Source: a virus
Strand: one strand, 5' to 3'
Virus record (IMG/VR): IMGVR_UViG_3300009709_000006
Coordinates: 1-55,703 of that record
DNA: 55,703 nucleotides
Shown here: positions 51,046-55,703 of the stretch, in pieces
Numbering within the stretch: the stretch's first letter is position 1
Layout: every line of letters starts with the position of its first letter
Program-made: the position numbers and the translations under genes
Notes under the pieces: model-generated
What the model saw: only the letters and a program-made list of their open reading frames with translations
What the model was told of the DNA's origin: nothing
Databases searched by the model: none

Positions 51046-51624
51046 CTAACCCTCCCCGCTCTGAGCAAGGGCGGCAAAATTCAAAATATGAGCCATGATC
51101 TGCTTAATAACGACCCACGGCACGAGGTATGGTTTTTCAAATACCGAAAACTCAAAGCGTCCTTGATACGCCGCTTTAGTAAATTCGGATGGGGTCAGCG
51201 CCTCCTCCAGCGCCCTCACCCTAGCCTCTAAGGCGGTAGCGCGAGCTTCGGCGGCTTCGGCGCGCTCCCGCCAGCCCTCAACTATTCCAGCCGCCTCCGA
51301 CATCTCCAGCTTGCCCTTGGCTTCGCCGGCCTCGCGGGCGTACTTCGCGGTTTCTTTAAGGGCCGCGTCGCGTTCGGCCTCTGCAACTTCGGCGCGCTGA
51401 TTACATTCTGCCACCCGAGATTCCGCGAGCAATGCATCTGTGCGCCATCCGTCCCTTTCGCGCTCCAGCTCCGCTATCCGCTCTGCCGCCTTGGCGAGGG
51501 CGTCGGCGGCGCGCTCTACATATTCGTCCTTCTCAGATAAAAATATCCATAAATTTCTGTGGGAATCATACCGCATTTTTGAGTGCAATCGCAGCAGTTC
51601 GATCAGTTCGGCGTTGTCGCCCAT
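51046..51624 (-). CDS. Coiled-coil hypothetical protein
   Basis: Internal ATG at 51624 (TGATG overlap). Long E/A/R heptad region. Confidence 0.5.
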   Translation of the reverse strand: MGDNAELIELLRLHSKMRYDSHRNLWIFLSEKDEYVERAADALAKAAERIAELERERDGWRTDALLAESRVAECNQRAEVAEAERDAALKETAKYAREAGEAKGKLEMSEAAGIVEGWRERAEAAEARATALEARVRALEEALTPSEFTKAAYQGRFEFSVFEKPYLVPWVVIKQIMAHILNFAALAQSGEG

Positions 51625-51938
51625 CACGCGCTCTCCTTTGGAGGTGAAAGAGGAAACATAAAATGCGTGGGAACGCCGATGACGATTGTGTCGTGTGGGG
51701 TCAGCCAGCAATCGCGGGCAGCGCTATATCGCGCATCGGCCACTCGATAACCGCCGACCCACAGATCGACCAATTCTCCGGTCTTCGGAGCGCCGCTGAT
51801 GGGTAACCACCCATCGCCCAGCCGGGCAAGAATGGCGTCGGCAACCTTATCTAGTCGCTCAATGCCACCAGCTTTGCGTTCTTCTAATGTGCCGTAAAGG
51901 AGGTCTAAAAGCTCATCCCGCGTGATTTCAACCATCAC
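51624..51938 (-). CDS. DUF551-like protein
   Basis: GWLPISGAPKTGELVDLWVGGYRVADARY...CW resembles the DUF551 pattern. Confidence 0.45.
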   Translation of the reverse strand: MMVEITRDELLDLLYGTLEERKAGGIERLDKVADAILARLGDGWLPISGAPKTGELVDLWVGGYRVADARYSAARDCWLTPHDTIVIGVPTHFMFPLSPPKESA

Positions 51939-52858
51939 TCGCCTCCCTGAGCGCGGAGGGCGGGGTGGCCATGAACCGTGTCGTTAGGCCGAAAGTATAT
52001 AGGATAGACGCCCTCGGGTAGGTTCTTAATTACAGCCGTGTCGTAAGCAGGCGCAATGCGCTCAACCCCGCCGAAAATTTCACCGGTCGGACGTGCGGGG
52101 TTATGGTAGCCGAACTCTCGAACGCGCCATTGCCGAACCATCGGGCCTAAATCTTGACCTTGGAACGACGCAACGACTTCGGAGCCGTCTGGTAGTTTGC
52201 ATAGGCGCCACTCACCATCGGTCGGGCAGAGCACAATCGGCAACCAACCGCCCGCGAGCAGCTCTTGCTCCTGTACGGCTGGCGCTGGGTCCGAAGCCAT
52301 GATGTCTGGACCAGCTTCGACGCATAGGTCGCCCTCTTCGGCCGCCTTCCTGCAAAGCCAGTCCGCATCGACTAGCATATTGAGGGGCGCGGAAACGACA
52401 TCACCCATCAACGTCTCGTCTTGAGGCGCGAGCGCTTTTAGCGCGTCTATTTGTTCTGGCGTCAATTCGTCGTCGTAGTCAGTCGGAGAGGAATCTGCAT
52501 CGGGCGCTAACAGAACCTCTAGCGCTTCGTTGACGTGTAGTTCTGACCCTGGCGCGGGCTCGGATGGCGGTTTCTGGGTGGACTGTTCTATCAACGCCTG
52601 AATGCGGCCCAGCGTAGAAATAGGCGTCGGCTCTGCGTTTAAGTCTCCAAACTGCGGGGCGTCTTTAGCGTCAAGCCACGCTTCAATAACCGCCAGTTCG
52701 TTCAAAACGTCATGAGCGGCCGGCTCTACCTGTTGAGCTACGGGCGGTTTGGTCCAGCCGGCGGCGAGGAGATAATCAATGACGCGCTGAGACGGCATGG
52801 GTGCATTAATGTCAGCCTCAAATATATCAATCACCAGCTTTTCTCGCAGATCATCCAT
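51935..52858 (-). CDS. Hypothetical acidic protein with C-terminal DUF551-like domain
   Basis: GGWLPIVLCPTDGEWRLCKLPDGSEVVASF. Confidence 0.45.
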   Translation of the reverse strand: MDDLREKLVIDIFEADINAPMPSQRVIDYLLAAGWTKPPVAQQVEPAAHDVLNELAVIEAWLDAKDAPQFGDLNAEPTPISTLGRIQALIEQSTQKPPSEPAPGSELHVNEALEVLLAPDADSSPTDYDDELTPEQIDALKALAPQDETLMGDVVSAPLNMLVDADWLCRKAAEEGDLCVEAGPDIMASDPAPAVQEQELLAGGWLPIVLCPTDGEWRLCKLPDGSEVVASFQGQDLGPMVRQWRVREFGYHNPARPTGEIFGGVERIAPAYDTAVIKNLPEGVYPIYFRPNDTVHGHPALRAQGGE

Positions 52859-53306
52859 GGCTCTGGTCCTTTGTAAGCTTGAACTTCAAAGCCTTAGCAT
52901 CCCACCAAGCGTTGTGCTGGACGGCGCCCGCTAATTTCGTGGGGTAGGCATCCACGCGATGAACCTCAAACTTCAGGCTTGGGACATCAATCATTGTTCC
53001 TGGCCCGGTCAGCGCCAACTTGCAAAAATAGGCTATGTCGTCAGGCCAGTCAGAAATAATGATTGGGTCTGGGTCGCCGCTTAGGTATTTAGAAATACTA
53101 TCGGCGAATCTGCCCGAATGTATCGAATCTACATTTGTATCCTTGGTGTAAAGAACGGGCATTACATTCTCGTAGACCCATGGATCAGCGGGAACGCCGG
53201 AATCAATAGCGACTAGGTATATTGAGGATTCATTCTCCCCTATCAATGCCAGTGAGATTAGGGGGCCGCCGTAACCGTCAAATTCGCAATCAAGATAGTA
53301 TTTCAT
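52851..53306 (-). CDS. DEDD-type 3'-5' exonuclease (Rv2179c/RNase T-like)
   Basis: YLDCEFDGYGGPLISLALI (Exo I), ISDWPDDIAYF (Exo II) and HNAWWDAKAL (Exo III). Confidence 0.6.
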   Translation of the reverse strand: MKYYLDCEFDGYGGPLISLALIGENESSIYLVAIDSGVPADPWVYENVMPVLYTKDTNVDSIHSGRFADSISKYLSGDPDPIIISDWPDDIAYFCKLALTGPGTMIDVPSLKFEVHRVDAYPTKLAGAVQHNAWWDAKALKFKLTKDQSHG

Positions 53307-53647
53307 CGGCTCTGGTCCTTTGGTTGTGGGGTGAGGGCGGCGCGGAATGTATGTTGGGCATCGTCTATTTCTTCCAATGCTTCAGCGTGGCCGAAGAGGT
53401 TGGACCATTCCGGCGACCTGCCAATGACCAAAAAATACGCTTGGCTTAGCGCCTCTTCAGCGGAATCGCGTTGGTCGATAAGCCGCTCTATCTCCGCATC
53501 CTTGGCCGCGATCTGTTGATACAGGGCGGCGATGTGGGAAAACAATAATTCAGCTTTAGTACCCAGATAGTACCACCGACCAAATTTTAACTGATATCTC
53601 AAATACTCAAAGTCTTCCGCGCTCAGCAGCTTGGGCTCAATGGTCAT
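53303..53647 (-). CDS. Hypothetical protein
   Basis: ORF track. ATGA overlap. Confidence 0.5.
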   Translation of the reverse strand: MTIEPKLLSAEDFEYLRYQLKFGRWYYLGTKAELLFSHIAALYQQIAAKDAEIERLIDQRDSAEEALSQAYFLVIGRSPEWSNLFGHAEALEEIDDAQHTFRAALTPQPKDQSR

Positions 53648-53909
53648 TGCTCTTTTCCAATGCGTCAGCGATGCGGTTCAGGAGATCAACGTTGCGAGTA
53701 CCGGCCTTGAAGTTGACTTGCGCTTCCCTCAACAGCCCCTCTAGCTTGGCGATGCGGGGATTGGGGGCGCGGATGTTCCAATCGGCAACGCTTTGAGCGG
53801 ATGCTCCGCAAGCATTGCAAGTTGGTCCGGTTGCGCTCAGGGACGCCCAGCCTACTGGGTCGATGTCGTCGCTTTGGCAAAACGGACAGGATTTCAGCGG
53901 CTCACCCAT
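53637..53909 (-). CDS. Lar-like small zinc-ribbon protein (restriction alleviation family; tentative)
   Basis: N-terminus LKSCPFCQSDD...GPTCNACGA, typical of Lar-type proteins (from memory). Confidence 0.4.
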   Translation of the reverse strand: MGEPLKSCPFCQSDDIDPVGWASLSATGPTCNACGASAQSVADWNIRAPNPRIAKLEGLLREAQVNFKAGTRNVDLLNRIADALEKSNDH

Positions 53910-54153
53910 CGGCCCGGTCCTCGGCCCGGTCCTCGGCTAAACGACGGTCGCGTAGTTTTCGGCCAAAGTGATCGGCTAGGTGAAATGGGCCAAGCATCAG
54001 CAACAGTATTAAACAAATTGCAAGCATCAGGGGCCATAATACGACCGCTAAAAAACTGTCTTCCTCTTGATTTATTGATGTCAAAACGAAAAGAGTGATT
54101 GGCATACCTAAAAGCCAAGCCGCTACTATGATGTAGGGCAAAAGAGTTTCCAT
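53902..54153 (-). CDS. Small membrane protein (2-3 TM)
   Basis: ORF track. Strongly hydrophobic. Confidence 0.5.
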   Translation of the reverse strand: METLLPYIIVAAWLLGMPITLFVLTSINQEEDSFLAVVLWPLMLAICLILLLMLGPFHLADHFGRKLRDRRLAEDRAEDRADG

Positions 54154-54645
54154 CTATTTCCCCTCCGCAGCGAGGATGACGGCGTGCAATGTATTGGCGA
54201 CTAATCTAAATTTGCCGTATTGAGACGCCAATAATCCCGGAATTTCTAGGATGGATTCAATCGCGACCTTGCTGTCTATAAGCGCCTCCACCAACTGCGC
54301 CTTCTGGGCGCGGAGGGTATTATTTTCCGCTTGCAGCTCCAGTTGGCGATCAAGCGCCAAAGCTCGAGAACTTCCGAGATGCGAAACTTCTTCTCGTAGT
54401 AAAGCCAGTTCTTCGGCCATGGCGGGGGCGCTGGCGATTAGGCGGGCGTTGGCTTCGGCTTCATAATATTGAGCGTTTTCTTCAGAATCATCGCCCAATT
54501 CGCACATATGGTTGTATTCGATTACTAAGTGACTCTCGTGAAAGTTTGTGATTTTTATTGCTTCGCCCATCCGAATTTCGTGTCCGTATTCGGTTTCCTG
54601 AACAATCCATGGTCCCGGCGTATGCGCGCCCGCTTGCTCGGTCAT
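54154..54645 (-). CDS. Hypothetical protein (GPW... N-terminus, coiled-coil C-terminus)
   Basis: The internal ATG at 54645 overlaps the upstream stop. Confidence 0.5.
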   Translation of the reverse strand: MTEQAGAHTPGPWIVQETEYGHEIRMGEAIKITNFHESHLVIEYNHMCELGDDSEENAQYYEAEANARLIASAPAMAEELALLREEVSHLGSSRALALDRQLELQAENNTLRAQKAQLVEALIDSKVAIESILEIPGLLASQYGKFRLVANTLHAVILAAEGK

Positions 54646-55112
54646 CACGCACAGTCCTTGTTTTGATCGGCGACATGGCGGTCGGCGCCCCGGACATAAC
54701 TTTCCCATGGGATGAAGCGGCCATCGTTCCAAAAGCCCCACTCGCGCTCGGTCTTGAGCACGATCACAAGCGTCCAGCACGGCCCCCAGGGCGTAGTGAG
54801 TCGGTGGCGATGTTCGGCGGGGAAGGTGCGCATCCAGGGCGCTCGGTAACGCTTGAACCCCGATGGAGACTCTTCAAGGTATGAGCCCCACAACCCAATG
54901 GAGATAAAACGCTTCGGATGGTCGTGCAGATCGCGTGACCAGTCGTTGCCGGTAAATTTGTGCAGATAGACTTTCCAGTTCGGGTGATCAGCGATAAACC
55001 AGCGCCATAGATAAGTCGGACAACGGTTTGCGCCGTTGATCTGCTCGGGCTGGCCGAAGCGCTTTGTAAGCCAAGATTCCAATCGTTCGCTCACGGCCGA
55101 TCCCCTTCCCAC
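54645..55112 (-). CDS. Conserved-looking hypothetical protein (YLWRWFI...YLHKF...DLHDHP motif)
   Basis: ORF track. Confidence 0.55.
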   Translation of the reverse strand: MGRGSAVSERLESWLTKRFGQPEQINGANRCPTYLWRWFIADHPNWKVYLHKFTGNDWSRDLHDHPKRFISIGLWGSYLEESPSGFKRYRAPWMRTFPAEHRHRLTTPWGPCWTLVIVLKTEREWGFWNDGRFIPWESYVRGADRHVADQNKDCA

Positions 55113-55134
55113 CTTGCGATTTCAGCGATCATAG

Positions 55135-55703
55135 CTATGCCTCCTCAACCGCAACGGCGCCGACCGGAATCGTACCGTTCGCCTCGTGCTCCGCCACCTC
55201 CTCAATGTACGCGAGCGCCCATTCGTCAGGGATTGAGCTGAAGTCTTGGCATGGCCAACCTGGGTGCGCTTTTTGATGGATAAGCGCTCCAGCGGTCGAA
55301 AACCCAAATTCTTTTTGCAGTTTCCAACCGAGCTCGCCGCCCAAGTTAACAAGGTGGCCGGCAGTACACATTGCCGTGTTGCAGATATTTTCCTCTCGGA
55401 TGTAATGGCCAGGACCGAAGGTTGACTGTTTGAAAATACGCTCCCTCGCTTGAATGCCCTTCAAGATTTTTGTGTAGGGATTTTCGACCAGCGGAACTCG
55501 GTCAAACAGTTCTTGCACGTCGCTGGCGCTGTAGCCCGCCGACAGCACGTCGCTGGCGCTGTAGCCCGCCGACCGCAGGGCGCTGGCGCTGTAGCCCGCC
55601 GACCGCAAGGCGCTGGCGCTGTAGCCCGCCGACCGCAAGGCGCTGGCGCTGTAGCCCGCCGACAGCACGTCGCTGGCGCTGTAGCCCGCCGACAGCACGT
55701 CGC
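55135..55703 (-). CDS. C-terminal part of decapeptide-repeat protein (5' part is 1-281 across the junction)
   Basis: ORF track 55135-55698, open at the window edge. SAGYSAS units are followed by a ~130-aa non-repeat domain (QELFDRVPLVENPY...NTAMCTAGHLVNLGG...). Confidence 0.75.
   Translation of the reverse strand, partial: DVLSAGYSASDVLSAGYSASALRSAGYSASALRSAGYSASALRSAGYSASDVLSAGYSASDVQELFDRVPLVENPYTKILKGIQARERIFKQSTFGPGHYIREENICNTAMCTAGHLVNLGGELGWKLQKEFGFSTAGALIHQKAHPGWPCQDFSSIPDEWALAYIEEVAEHEANGTIPVGAVAVEEA
55519..55703. repeat. 30-bp tandem repeat array, right part (6.2 units)
   Basis: Same unit as 1-218. The last 73 nt are identical to nt 1-73. Confidence 0.95.

Overview
The window reads as one complete, circularly permuted temperate phage genome. 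About 55.6 kb is unique: nt 1-73 are identical to nt 55631-55703, and a tandem-repeat gene is split across the two ends. The host signal is alphaproteobacterial (GcrA-like regulator, beta-class CcrM/HinfI-type DPPY methyltransferase, GC-rich coding).

Layout:
(i) A long leftward early operon starts at a PL-like promoter (~6347-6375), runs down to nt 292, crosses the window junction and continues to excisionase/integrase (49940-48581). attP lies at 48353-48559 (tRNA 3' fragment plus CCGTCCAACT arm repeats). The operon carries RecT/Bet and Gp157-like recombination genes, a Lar-like gene, a DEDD exonuclease, DUF551-like and DUF1643-like genes and several small Cys-rich ORFs.
(ii) The immunity switch has a short HTH repressor (7240-7572, minus) followed on the same strand by a secreted BamE-like moron, and a divergent Cro-like gene (7649-7879). 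The same 15-bp palindrome sits between -35 and -10 at both PL and PR.
(iii) Rightward early/replication genes: a 51-bp-repeat protein, DUF2303, GcrA-like, methyltransferase, DnaB and a DUF1376-HNH fusion.
(iv) A lower-GC three-gene island has its own sigma70-like promoter and terminator (17869-20368). It is followed by a ~400-nt ORF-poor structured region containing a tRNA-like element with a CAU anticodon, then a minus-strand ParB/Srx-like + HTH pair.
(v) Podovirus-type morphogenesis genes: TerS, TerL, portal, HslV-like Ntn hydrolase, scaffold, HK97-fold capsid, adaptor, tail proteins, three ejection proteins and an S74-chaperone fibre. Minus-strand morons interrupt this block.
(vi) A lower-GC membrane/secreted trio and a lysis cassette (50-aa holin candidate, GH24 endolysin).

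No tools were run. All functional calls are motif recognition by eye and need HMM or structure confirmation. The best follow-ups are the 17.8-20.4 kb island, the adjacent structured/tRNA-like RNA locus, the ParB-like/HTH pair, the proteasome-type hydrolase in the head module, and the in-frame tandem repeats inside regulatory and enzymatic genes.
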